A DNA stretch of 32,000 nt from an uncultured archaeon (GTDB lineage Archaea > Micrarchaeota > Micrarchaeia > Micrarchaeales > CABMGC01). Location of the stretch: assembly GCA_963704435.1 (NCBI GenBank), contig OY969902.1, positions 450,001-482,000 of the forward strand. Reading direction: 5' to 3'. Under the pieces are notes generated by a model that was given only the letters and a program-made list of their open reading frames with translations, was not told the origin of the DNA and searched no databases. Shown here piece by piece: positions 1 to 8,495 of the stretch. Made by a program: the position numbers and the translations under genes. The first letter of the stretch is position 1. Each line of letters starts with the position of its first letter.

Positions 1-143
1 ACTATGTCGATTATGTCCAGGTCCCAAGGGTTCAACTCGTCCTTCTTGACCAGGTCCAGGAGTATGTCCTTCCACGTCGCCTCCTTGACGAAGTCCTCTA
101 TGTTGAAACGAGGCAGGCTAACAACTGCCGTCAGGCTCTGCAT
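1..143 (-). CDS. scpA: Segregation and condensation protein A (ScpA), N-terminal part, truncated by window edge
   Basis: Reverse-strand translation from ATG at 143 gives MQSLTAVVSLPRFNIEDFVKEATWKDILLDLVKKDELNPWDLDIIDIV, the ScpA N-terminal WxxxLxDLVKxxxLNPWDLDI motif. This gene is not in the ORF track. Confidence 0.85.
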   Translation of the reverse strand, partial: MQSLTAVVSLPRFNIEDFVKEATWKDILLDLVKKDELNPWDLDIIDI

Positions 144-300
144 CCGGTCGCCGGAATTAATCGAGAGATATAGAAATAAATACCTTAGCTACCTGCACGG
201 CTGGTTGCGCGGGCGGGGCTTTTACCGGAAGGGCATGGAGAAATTCGGACAGGTACGCATCCATAATTTAATGTTTTGGCTTTCAATATGCTGGGGTTGC

Positions 301-1920
301 ATGTCTGCTTTTAAGAACGAGTTCACGTACAGGCGCCTGCTGGACGGTGGCAAGGAGGAGGAGTTCGATGCACTTTTCGAAGGCGCGGTCGCCGAAGTGA
401 AGAGGACGGTTCTCGGTAAGAGGTTCCCGATGTGGATAGGCGGAAAGGAGGAGTACGCCAGCGAGGAGCTCCTGGAGATGTCTCCCATAGACGGCTCACT
501 CATCGGAAGGTTCCAGAAGGGCACGCGTGAGCACGCCAGGCTAGCCATCGGGGCCGCGCTCTCCGCCTTCGGGGCGTGGAGCCGGACGGACTACAGGGAG
601 CGCGCAAAGATCATGGCGAACGCGGCGGGCGCCTTCAGGAAGCGCAAGTTCGAGGTCGCCGCTGCGCTGAGCATCGAGAACGGGAAGACCCGATACGAGT
701 CTGTAGGAGAGGTGGACGAGGCCATAGACTTCCTGAACTACTATTCCGGAGAGATCTTGAGGAACAGGGGCTATGTGAGGAAGACCAAGATACTTGGCAC
801 CGCGAAGGACGTTGCCGAGGGCTTCCAGGGCGCCCCGGGAAAAGGGGAGAAGGTCACAATAGCGATGAAACCCTACGGAGTGTTCGGGGTCATAGCGCCG
901 TTCAACTTCCCGATATCGATATCCACAGGCATGAGCTGCGGTGCGGCCATAACAGGCAACACGGTGGTCTTCAAACCCTCCTCGACCGATGAATCGACGA
1001 TGCTGACTGGCCTGAAGATCTATGAAATATTCAAGGAGGCGGGCGTGCCGGATGGCGTCTTCAACTATGTCACAGGCCCCGGATCTGAGGTGGGCGACGA
1101 GCTCGTCGTCAACAGGGACGTCAGCGGAATAGTGTTCACGGGCTCGAGGGCCACTGGAATGGGCATGATAAGGAAGTTTTACGACCTTGGTCAGCAGAAA
1201 GTCTTCGTCGTGGAAATGGGAGGGAAGAACCCCGCCATTGTTTCGAAGTACGCAGACATTGGAGATGCTGTCGAGGGAATCGCATCTTCGGCTTTCGGTT
1301 ACGCGGGCCAGAAGTGCAGCGCATGCTCGAGGGTCTACGTCCAGGAATCGGTAAAGGAGGAGTTCATAAGCGGGCTTGTAGACAAGATGAGGTCGATGAA
1401 GATCGGGAACCCGCTTGACAAGGACGTTTACGTTGGCCCGCTTGTGGGAAGCAAGGCTCTCTCCAGGTACACTTCGAGCGTGGAGGAGGCGAAGAGGTCG
1501 GGAAGGGTCGTATACGGAGGCAATGCTGCCAACACGGGGCTGGGTGGCGCTTACGTAGAGCCGACGCTGGTCGAAGTGGGGCAGTCGAGCCGGCTGATGC
1601 ACGACGAGCTTTTCGTCCCCATGCTGGCCCTTGACACATTCGGGAAGTTCGAGGAGGCGTTGGCAAAGGCAAATGACGTCGAATACGGGCTGACCGCCGG
1701 CCTATACAGCAGGAACAGGAAGGAGATCAGGGAGTTCTCGAATGGAATCCAGGCAGGCACCGTATACATAAACAGGAAGTCTGACGCGACGACCGGAGCG
1801 ATAGTCGGCGCGCACACCTTCGTCGGCTGGAAGGGAAGCGGACTCTCAGGCAAGGGCACGGGCAGCAGGTTCTACCTACAGCAGTTCCTGAGGGAACAGA
1901 GCCTGGCCGAGGTAAAGTGA
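301..1920 (+). CDS. Aldehyde dehydrogenase family protein, probably 1-pyrroline-5-carboxylate dehydrogenase-like
   Basis: Translation has NFPI, FTGS, EMGGKNP, catalytic GQKCSACSR and C-terminal FVGWKGSGLSGKGTGSRFYLQQFLREQ, characteristic of ALDH/P5CDH. ORF opens at 4, but ATG at 301 (MSAFKNEF) is the likely start because 4-143 overlaps antisense scpA. Confidence 0.85.
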   Translation: MSAFKNEFTYRRLLDGGKEEEFDALFEGAVAEVKRTVLGKRFPMWIGGKEEYASEELLEMSPIDGSLIGRFQKGTREHARLAIGAALSAFGAWSRTDYRERAKIMANAAGAFRKRKFEVAAALSIENGKTRYESVGEVDEAIDFLNYYSGEILRNRGYVRKTKILGTAKDVAEGFQGAPGKGEKVTIAMKPYGVFGVIAPFNFPISISTGMSCGAAITGNTVVFKPSSTDESTMLTGLKIYEIFKEAGVPDGVFNYVTGPGSEVGDELVVNRDVSGIVFTGSRATGMGMIRKFYDLGQQKVFVVEMGGKNPAIVSKYADIGDAVEGIASSAFGYAGQKCSACSRVYVQESVKEEFISGLVDKMRSMKIGNPLDKDVYVGPLVGSKALSRYTSSVEEAKRSGRVVYGGNAANTGLGGAYVEPTLVEVGQSSRLMHDELFVPMLALDTFGKFEEALAKANDVEYGLTAGLYSRNRKEIREFSNGIQAGTVYINRKSDATTGAIVGAHTFVGWKGSGLSGKGTGSRFYLQQFLREQSLAEVK

Positions 1921-1926
1921 CGGCAT

Positions 1927-2355
1927 ATGATGCGTTTGCTCCATCGGGTGCTCAGGCCGAAATATGGCAAGGGAAGGATACGCCATAAGGGCAGGACGAT
2001 CGACGTTTATCTCGCCGATTCCTTCGCTGCGATGCTGTTCGGGCTCATGTATTGGGAAAGGCTTGAGAAGGGCAAGGGGATGCTCTTCACGCTGAACAGC
2101 GAGGGCAGGATATCCGCAGGGATATGGATGCTGAACATGAGGTTCCCGATAGACATCGTCTGGATGGATTCTGACGGGAGGGTCGTGGACATTGAAGAAA
2201 AGGCAAAACCGTGCGCATCGTTCTTTCGATGCAAGACTTATGTGCCTGGTTCCAAGGCGAAGTACGTGCTTGAGCTGAACGCTGGTTCAGCGCGGAAGCT
2301 GGGAATAAAAGTAGGAAGCAGGATGAGCGTTGGAGCGCCTTCAAGAGGGAATTGA
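1927..2355 (+). CDS. DUF192 family protein
   Basis: 142 aa with V.LADS.A....GLM..E.L..G.GMLF....G..S..IWMLNM.FPIDIVWMD..G.VV.I and YVLEL.AG, the DUF192 signature. Confidence 0.85.
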   Translation: MMRLLHRVLRPKYGKGRIRHKGRTIDVYLADSFAAMLFGLMYWERLEKGKGMLFTLNSEGRISAGIWMLNMRFPIDIVWMDSDGRVVDIEEKAKPCASFFRCKTYVPGSKAKYVLELNAGSARKLGIKVGSRMSVGAPSRGN

Positions 2356-2370
2356 CGGGGTGAAAAAGGA

Positions 2371-2432
2371 GAGGTGCGCAAAAGGATGGGATATTAGGAG
2401 TGGACTTGTTAAAAAACAAGCTTGCGCACCTC
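2371..2432. repeat. Nested inverted repeat (potential structured RNA or 3' end element)
   Basis: Outer perfect 11-bp arms GAGGTGCGCAA (2371-2381) and TTGCGCACCTC (2422-2432). Inner hairpin CTTGTT-AAAA-AACAAG (2405-2420). Confidence 0.7.
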
Positions 2433-2484
2433 CAAGCACGAGTCATAGAAATGAATTCATGCTACACATATTGTGCATAAGGGT

Positions 2485-2530
2485 ATATAAATACTTATTG
2501 GAATAATATTTCGTATATAAGCGAAATATA
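2485..2530 (+). promoter_or_regulatory. Double TATA-like promoter with 8-bp palindrome flanking the second TATA box, upstream of the Lrp-like gene
   Basis: TATATAAATA at 2485-2494. Palindrome ATATTTCG (2507-2514) / CGAAATAT (2523-2530) encloses TATATAAG (2515-2522). Gene starts at 2572. Confidence 0.55.
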
Positions 2531-2571
2531 TGTAAAATACTGCATATATATTACGATTTTGAGATGCATTC

Positions 2572-3618
2572 ATGCCCGCGAAAAGGAAAACGCAGAATTA
2601 CGTGAAGAACGATCTGCCATACGCGCTGCTCATGAGCCTCTACGAGGATTCAAGGGCGTCGCTGCGCGGTCTGGGAAAGAGATTCAAGATCTCGTACCAT
2701 GTCATCAACTCCGTGCTTGAGGAGCTGGAGGACAAATACGACATAAAATACACGCTCGAGCTCGATGAGACCAGGCTCGGCTTCGTCGAGGGAAAGATAA
2801 TAACGATAAAGTTCGGGATAAAGCCCGGAATAGACTTCATCAAGGAGAGAATAAGAAAGGACTTCTTCATACAGGATGCATATCTTGCCGAGGGAGATTT
2901 CGACCTGCTGCTGTACGTGGTCGGCGTCGAGCCCAAGGACTTCCAGAAATGGCAGTGGACCCTCAGGATGGGCCTGAGCAAGTACAAGCCTGCGCTGAAG
3001 TTCTCAAACGTGAGCTCTAGAATCATGGGCTTCTTCCCGATAAAGAGCAGCCTGATAAAGGAATCCGAGGAACTGTCCAAGGGGGAAAGGGCGGTCCTGA
3101 TGCTGCTCAATGACAACTCAAGGATGAGGCTCAGCGATATCGCGAAGAGGCTGAAGATGAGCCCGGACAAGGTAGTGTATCTGATAAAGAAGCTCAAGGA
3201 GATGGGCGCCATAAAGCGGTTTACCGCACTGACGCAGAACCCCGACAAGAGGATACTGTACGCGTACGGAGCGTACATGATACCCACCGAAGAGCACATA
3301 GAGCTGGCAATCACCATGGCAAAAGAGATAGTGAATGAGGATTTGCACGAAACGGTGAACGATTACGCCGTGACGGCCGACATGAATGGAAACTATGACT
3401 TTTTCGCAGTCTGTGCGTTCAAAAACGGTGAGACGCTGTCGCGGAGGGGGGCGGAGTTCGCAAGGGAAGTTTGGCTCAGAGAAGACCCTGTGATAGACAA
3501 GGCCCTTCTGACCGACATCATAGTAGGAAAGTGGCCGTTCCATCTTGAAAATTATGGGGCGTATAGGACAATTCTAGAGAATCTCCTATCCCAAAAAGCC
3601 AGGATTGCGCGGACATAA
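2572..3618 (+). CDS. Lrp/AsnC-like transcriptional regulator with two HTH units
   Basis: Two winged-HTH-like segments: SLRGLGKRFKISYHVINSVLEELE and NSRMRLSDIAKRLKMSPDKVVYLIKKLKEMGAIKRFTALTQNP. RAM/Lrp-like ligand-binding segments follow each. Confidence 0.7.
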   Translation: MPAKRKTQNYVKNDLPYALLMSLYEDSRASLRGLGKRFKISYHVINSVLEELEDKYDIKYTLELDETRLGFVEGKIITIKFGIKPGIDFIKERIRKDFFIQDAYLAEGDFDLLLYVVGVEPKDFQKWQWTLRMGLSKYKPALKFSNVSSRIMGFFPIKSSLIKESEELSKGERAVLMLLNDNSRMRLSDIAKRLKMSPDKVVYLIKKLKEMGAIKRFTALTQNPDKRILYAYGAYMIPTEEHIELAITMAKEIVNEDLHETVNDYAVTADMNGNYDFFAVCAFKNGETLSRRGAEFAREVWLREDPVIDKALLTDIIVGKWPFHLENYGAYRTILENLLSQKARIART

Positions 3619-3637
3619 TCCGTCAATCAGACGGATT
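3617..3637 (+). repeat. Perfect 8-bp hairpin overlapping the stop codon of the Lrp-like gene
   Basis: AATCCGTC-AATCA-GACGGATT read directly. The TAA stop is at 3616-3618. Confidence 0.5.
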
Positions 3638-3682
3638 CCCATAAAGCATCGTAGTTCGAAGTTTGCCCAGAAAAAGACGCGA

Positions 3683-3874
3683 TTATCCAAACAGCGCTTT
3701 TGTGATTGATTTCTTGACTCTCAGCCGGCCGTAGTAGTCGTCCTTGAACTTCACATCTGCCCCGGTGGTAAGAGCCATAGTCGGACAACCTCCGCCGGTT
3801 CCTCCGGCCCCCCCAGTAGCGACGAAAACCATGCGTCTTTTATTAACGTGAAACCTTCCTAATTTCGTTTTCAT
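3683..3874 (-). CDS. Small hypothetical protein (uncertain)
   Basis: 63-aa ORF MKTKLGRFHVNKRRMVFVATGGAGGTGGGCPTMALTTGADVKFKDDYYGRLRVKKSITKALFG fills a gap between genes. It has protein-like composition but no recognised family. Confidence 0.35.
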   Translation of the reverse strand: MKTKLGRFHVNKRRMVFVATGGAGGTGGGCPTMALTTGADVKFKDDYYGRLRVKKSITKALFG

Positions 3875-4041
3875 CCTATTACCATGCGCCGCAACTATCT
3901 CCGCGACCTCCGCGCTGCCCTGAACCTCATCCTCGTCTTCCTCTTGAGTCTCGCTATGGCCTTGGCCCGGTATGCCTTCCCGCTCTTCCTCCTCTTCTTC
4001 TTTACGGTTTTCTGCACCATCAAATCACAAACATGATCCTT

Positions 4042-5091
4042 CTAGACCCATGAGCCTATGCCCTTCTGGCCCGCCTGGGATTTCAACTCCGCAAGGGTGT
4101 CCGCGAACTTCGCTATGCGTTCGTGCGAGAACCCGTGCTCGTCACTCATAAACCTTACCAGCGCCCCTTTATTTACTTTCGCATTAATTTCTACCGCCTT
4201 CCTGCCGATATCGATCGTCTCCGGCTCCAGGAACAGTTTCTCGACCTCTGCAGGATCCACGTCGAACTCCTTGCCGTACTTCACCCTTACGTGATTCACT
4301 ATAGAATCAAGGCTCTTGTGCTCCTTCGCGATCTTCAGCGCAGTCTTGGGCCCGATGCCTTCTATGCCTGAGTTGAAGTCGGTGCCCATCAGCATGCCGA
4401 GCCAGATCAGCTGGTTCCTGTTTATCCCCAGACTGTCGAGCAGCCTGCGCAGCTCGATCCTCTCAGGGGTGACATCGATGTAGACGTTCTTCCTCGGGAG
4501 CTTCCTCCTTCCGGTTATGGTGAGGTTCCTTACTGCGACCTTGGACCCGAACAGGAAGAGGTCGTAGTCCTGGCTTGCGCTCGCGTAGACCGCGCCGTCC
4601 TGGGTCATGCGCGCGGCCTGCGCCTCGCCCTCGCTGGGCGCCTGCACGTGCACCACTCCCATGTCGGTAAGGAGCTCCTTCGCGCTCTCGACTATGTCCT
4701 TGCTTATCTTGGAGCTCGCGACCGCATGCGCCCTGGCCTCCTCGATCATCCCCTTCCGCAGCGACCTGTTCCACTCCTTAAGCTCCTCGGCCCTGCGGCT
4801 CGCCCTCGCCTCGAGCGTCCTGCGCTTGAGCGCCGGCGGGATCCCGTCGAAGACGTAGACGGGGTTTATCCTGTGCTCCACCAGGCTTATCGTCCTGTAG
4901 AAGAGGCCGGAGAGGTGGCTTGTTATCCTGCCCTTCGAGTCCATCAGGGGCGTCCCGTCAGGCTGCCTTATTATCGTTATGAACTGGTAGATCGTGTTGT
5001 ACGCGTCGATCGCTATGGTCTTGCCAGCGAGGTCGTCGAAGGTTATCTTCTCCTTCGCTTCTGCTACTAGGGACCCCAGCGCTACCGCCAA
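4042..5091 (-). CDS. fen: Flap endonuclease 1
   Basis: FEN-1 blocks GKTIAIDAYNTIYQFITIIRQPDGTPLMDSKGRITSHLSGLFYRT, YVFDGIPPALK, EGEAQAARM, ASQDYDLFLFG and GTDFNSGIEGIGPKTALKI. TTG start. Confidence 0.95.
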   Translation of the reverse strand: MAVALGSLVAEAKEKITFDDLAGKTIAIDAYNTIYQFITIIRQPDGTPLMDSKGRITSHLSGLFYRTISLVEHRINPVYVFDGIPPALKRRTLEARASRRAEELKEWNRSLRKGMIEEARAHAVASSKISKDIVESAKELLTDMGVVHVQAPSEGEAQAARMTQDGAVYASASQDYDLFLFGSKVAVRNLTITGRRKLPRKNVYIDVTPERIELRRLLDSLGINRNQLIWLGMLMGTDFNSGIEGIGPKTALKIAKEHKSLDSIVNHVRVKYGKEFDVDPAEVEKLFLEPETIDIGRKAVEINAKVNKGALVRFMSDEHGFSHERIAKFADTLAELKSQAGQKGIGSWV

Positions 5092-5562
5092 TCACTCGCC
5101 CGCTTTCCCTTTCCCCTTCTTGAGCGCCGCATCCCAGAGGCTAATGGGCTCGTCCCTCCGCGGGCCCGCCGACACCGCCTTCTCGTCGCCCTTCGCCAGC
5201 AGCCTTATGCCGAGCTCCCTCTCAAGCTTCTTCCTCTCCTTCTCGGTCGGGGGGACCCTCTGCTTCTCTATCCTGACGAGCGTGCTCTCCTTCTCGCTTA
5301 TCCGCTCCGCCAACACCTTAATGGGCAGGCCCAGCGCCTCGCGCGCCTTCCTTATGACCTCGCCGTAGTCGTCCACGAGCTCTGCCTCCTCTGCGCTGGC
5401 CGCGGCCGCGGGGCGCGGCGCGTTCCTCTCGGCGCCTCTGGGTAGCCTGCGCGGCTTGCCCCTGCCCTCGGCGCACTTCGCGCAGGCCAGCATTGCCGCG
5501 CCTTCCACGTTCACGTCGTAAAGTTCATCAGCGTCCCTTCCGCAGATTTCGCATTCGGCCAT
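5092..5562 (-). CDS. Archaeal multiprotein bridging factor aMBF1 (Zn-ribbon + HTH)
   Basis: N-terminal CEICGR...CAKC zinc ribbon plus Cro-type HTH: DYGEVIRKAREALGLPIKVLAERISEKESTLVRIEKQRVPPTEKERKKLERELGIRL. Confidence 0.9.
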   Translation of the reverse strand: MAECEICGRDADELYDVNVEGAAMLACAKCAEGRGKPRRLPRGAERNAPRPAAAASAEEAELVDDYGEVIRKAREALGLPIKVLAERISEKESTLVRIEKQRVPPTEKERKKLERELGIRLLAKGDEKAVSAGPRRDEPISLWDAALKKGKGKAGE

Positions 5563-5628
5563 TGACCCAACCCAATCTAAAATTTAGAACCAATAAATAA
5601 TAATAAGGATAACAATAAAACTGATACC

Positions 5629-7113
5629 ATGCCGCGCGGTCCTGCCAAGAAAGAAAATAACGCAAAAAAACAGAAGCGGGGGATTGCGCGCGCGCATTCC
5701 CGAGAAATCACGGTCCTGGCGGCCGTCCTGACCGTTCTGGCGATAGGCATCCTCTACTTCGTCAACGGAAACATCATTCTCAGGTTCGCCGCGGCGCTGG
5801 CGGTACTTATGCTGTCGGGCAGCGCGATAGCCGCGGTCAACGGGATGCAGAGCTCGTACGGCCTGTACCTGCTCGGCGGGAAGGGTGGAATGGACTTCGT
5901 GGACTCGCTATCCAAGAAAAACATCAGGTTCTGGACATTCCTCAGCGACTGGGGCCTCGCGGTCAGCTTCGGGCTGCTCTCTTTCGCGATGTTCCGCAGG
6001 CAGGTCAGCAAGAAGATGATCCTGTTCGGGATCGTGTCCGTGGTTGCCATACTGGTGTTCGTATATCCCTACCTGTCGGTCGTCATCAGCTTCATAAACA
6101 TACCCCAGCTCACGGCGGAGGCCGCTAGCGCCAGCAGTTCCGCCGCCCCCAGCGCGTACATCTTCTACTACCTGCTTATCGCCTCGGGCGTTATCGGAGG
6201 GCTCAGCGTCTTCGGGATGTACGCCATATTCTATGGAGGCGGAAAAATCCTCTACGGCATCCTCCTCTTCATTGCAGAGTATCTTTCCTCAAAGCCCGAC
6301 ACTTCGGGACTCAGCAGCCAGGTGCCGGGGGTGGCTCCCCTGATACCTGGATTGACCCTTCCCCTTGTCGCGGGCCTGATATCCCTCATTGCCATATTGA
6401 TAATCCACGAGTTCTCGCACGGCGCCCTGGCCAGGATAGCGAAGGTGAAGCTGAAATCGATAGGCGTTGTCCTCTTCGGCATAATCCCGATAGGCGCATT
6501 CGTCGAGCCTGACGAGAAAGCGATAAAGAGGCTCGGCGCAAAGGACAAGGACCGGATATTCGCTGCTGGGGTATCCGCCAACATTCTTGCCTCGCTCGTC
6601 TTCTTCGTGGCGGTCGCGATGATGATATACCTTGTGCTGCCGAGCATCGGCACTGGCGGAGTGAGGGTGACCGGAGTGCTGCCGAACACAACGGCCTATG
6701 GTGTGATAGCCCCGAACACCGTAATACTCAAGTGGAACGGGGTGGCGATAACGAACGATTACGACCTGGCGCGCGTCGAGGCAGGCTACGTTGCGGGGAA
6801 CTACGTGAACGTGACTACCAGCGCGGGCAGCTACCTGCTGATGCCGAGCAGCGAGGGCAAGCTGGGGATTGCATGGGCGCCTGCGGTCGCGACCACGGCC
6901 TTCCAGATCGCGAACTTCGTTTATTCCGTTGTCGCGCTTCTGTTCGCGCTCAATTTCTTCGTGGCCGTGCTCAATCTCCTGCCAATCCCGGGCTTTGACG
7001 GGTGGAGGATATACGAGGGCAAGGTAAAGAACAAGAAGGCCCTGATGGCCATCGCTGTGCTTCTGATCGCCGCTATCGTTGTCAACGCGCTCCCGTGGTT
7101 ATGGACATTGTGA
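5629..7113 (+). CDS. Site-2 protease family (M50) membrane metalloprotease
   Basis: Multi-pass protein with HEFSHG zinc motif and NLLPIPGFDGWRI third-ligand motif. Confidence 0.88.
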   Translation: MPRGPAKKENNAKKQKRGIARAHSREITVLAAVLTVLAIGILYFVNGNIILRFAAALAVLMLSGSAIAAVNGMQSSYGLYLLGGKGGMDFVDSLSKKNIRFWTFLSDWGLAVSFGLLSFAMFRRQVSKKMILFGIVSVVAILVFVYPYLSVVISFINIPQLTAEAASASSSAAPSAYIFYYLLIASGVIGGLSVFGMYAIFYGGGKILYGILLFIAEYLSSKPDTSGLSSQVPGVAPLIPGLTLPLVAGLISLIAILIIHEFSHGALARIAKVKLKSIGVVLFGIIPIGAFVEPDEKAIKRLGAKDKDRIFAAGVSANILASLVFFVAVAMMIYLVLPSIGTGGVRVTGVLPNTTAYGVIAPNTVILKWNGVAITNDYDLARVEAGYVAGNYVNVTTSAGSYLLMPSSEGKLGIAWAPAVATTAFQIANFVYSVVALLFALNFFVAVLNLLPIPGFDGWRIYEGKVKNKKALMAIAVLLIAAIVVNALPWLWTL

Positions 7114-7175
7114 CCAAATCCGCAATATGTTTTTATGCCTTTTTACTCATATAGTTGCAGGCGACAGTGTATCAC

Positions 7176-8264
7176 ATGGAAACAGTACCACCCAATCAGA
7201 ACGAGTTTTCCTCCCCGGACGACGAGGAACTGCTGAAATTCATAGAGCTAGCCAAGCCCAAGATCTACGTGGTCGGCACCGGAGGGAGCGGCTCGAACAC
7301 CATAGCGAGAATGTCTGAGATGAACATAGAGGGCGCTACGCTCATAGCCATGAACACGGACGCGCAGCACCTCACGAGGATAAGGTCGCACAGGAAGCTC
7401 CTGCTCGGGAAGAAGACAACGCGCGGACTCGGCGCTGGGAGCGACCCGCACATGGGGGAGGAGGCCACCAACGAGAGCAAGGGCGACGTGAAGCACCTGA
7501 TAGGCGACGCGCAGCTGGTATTCATAACGTGCGGACTGGGAGGGGGGACCGGCACCGGCTCCGCTCCGGTGATAGCGCACGAGGCCAAGGAGGCCGGCGC
7601 GCTGTCCATAGCGATAGTGACCCTTCCGTTCCTCAGCGAGGGCAGGGCAAGGATGAGGAATGCGCTTGAGGGGCTCGCGAAGCTGAAGAGGACGACGGAC
7701 ACGACCATAATAATACCCAACGACAAGCTGCTCAACATCGCGCCCGACCTTCCGCTCAACATGGCATTCAAGGTGAGCGACGAGATCCTCGCCAACGCGA
7801 CGAAGGGCATAATCGAGATGGTGACCAAGCCGGGCATGGTGAACCTCGACTTCGCGGACCTGAGGAGCGTGCTGAAGGACTCGGGTTACGCCGTGATAGG
7901 CATGGGGGAGAGCGCTTCCCTGCAGTCCAAGGACAGGGCGATAGTGGCCGTGGAGAACACGCTCAAGAGCCCGCTGCTCGACGTCGACATAAGCACCACC
8001 AAGAAGGCGCTCGTCAACATCGTCGGAGGGCAGGACCTCACGCTCAGGGAGGCTGAGAGCATCTTCCAGGAGGTCTCGGGCAGGATAAGCGAGGACGCGA
8101 TGATGAAGTGGGGCGCGAGGATAGAGACTGACATGCACAAGAACGCGCTGAAGATAATGGTCGTCATGGGCGGCGTCGAGTACGCCGACTACTCCGAGGA
8201 CGGGATAAAGAAGAAGATGGCGGCGAAGGAGGACTCGGACCTGGACGGGATGTTCGAGGACTGA
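7176..8264 (+). CDS. ftsZ: Cell division protein FtsZ (paralog A)
   Basis: Tubulin/FtsZ GTPase motifs GTGGSGSNTIARM, NTDAQHL, GLGGGTGTGSAPVIA and NLDFADLRSVLKDSG. ORF track opens at a TTG at 7155, but ATG at 7176 is the better start. Confidence 0.95.
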   Translation: METVPPNQNEFSSPDDEELLKFIELAKPKIYVVGTGGSGSNTIARMSEMNIEGATLIAMNTDAQHLTRIRSHRKLLLGKKTTRGLGAGSDPHMGEEATNESKGDVKHLIGDAQLVFITCGLGGGTGTGSAPVIAHEAKEAGALSIAIVTLPFLSEGRARMRNALEGLAKLKRTTDTTIIIPNDKLLNIAPDLPLNMAFKVSDEILANATKGIIEMVTKPGMVNLDFADLRSVLKDSGYAVIGMGESASLQSKDRAIVAVENTLKSPLLDVDISTTKKALVNIVGGQDLTLREAESIFQEVSGRISEDAMMKWGARIETDMHKNALKIMVVMGGVEYADYSEDGIKKKMAAKEDSDLDGMFED

Positions 8265-8311
8265 GCGGGGTCCGCGTAAACATTTAAGATGCTTCGCCAG
8301 CAAATACAACC

Positions 8312-8494
8312 ATGGACTTCAATCCTGTCGCTTCATTGAAGAGCTTCTACACGAACGCAAGGCACATAATCAGCGTGAGCGGCAAGCCGAGCAACGACGA
8401 GTTCATGAGGACGCTCAAGGTTGTGCTGCTCGGCGCGCTAGCCCTCGGTATCTTCGGGTTCGCGATATCCCTCATTGTAGGCCTGATTGTTTAG
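8312..8494 (+). CDS. secE: Protein translocase subunit SecE (Sec61 gamma)
   Basis: 60 aa, single C-terminal TM helix. PSNDEFMRTLKVVLLGALALGIFGFAISLI matches the archaeal SecE pattern. Directly downstream of ftsZ, a frequent archaeal neighbourhood. Confidence 0.88.
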   Translation: MDFNPVASLKSFYTNARHIISVSGKPSNDEFMRTLKVVLLGALALGIFGFAISLIVGLIV

Positions 8495-8495
8495 C

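Noticed and set aside
4-300. N-terminal extension of the aldehyde dehydrogenase ORF
   Set aside because: It overlaps the antisense scpA start and a TATA-like sequence near 168-184. Protein-like ALDH sequence begins only after ATG 301.
541-1602. 353-aa antisense ORF over the aldehyde dehydrogenase
   Set aside because: No recognisable motif and composition typical of antisense codon-bias ORFs. The sense-strand ALDH is unambiguous.
7248-8309. 353-aa antisense ORF over ftsZ
   Set aside because: Shadow ORF of the well-supported ftsZ gene.
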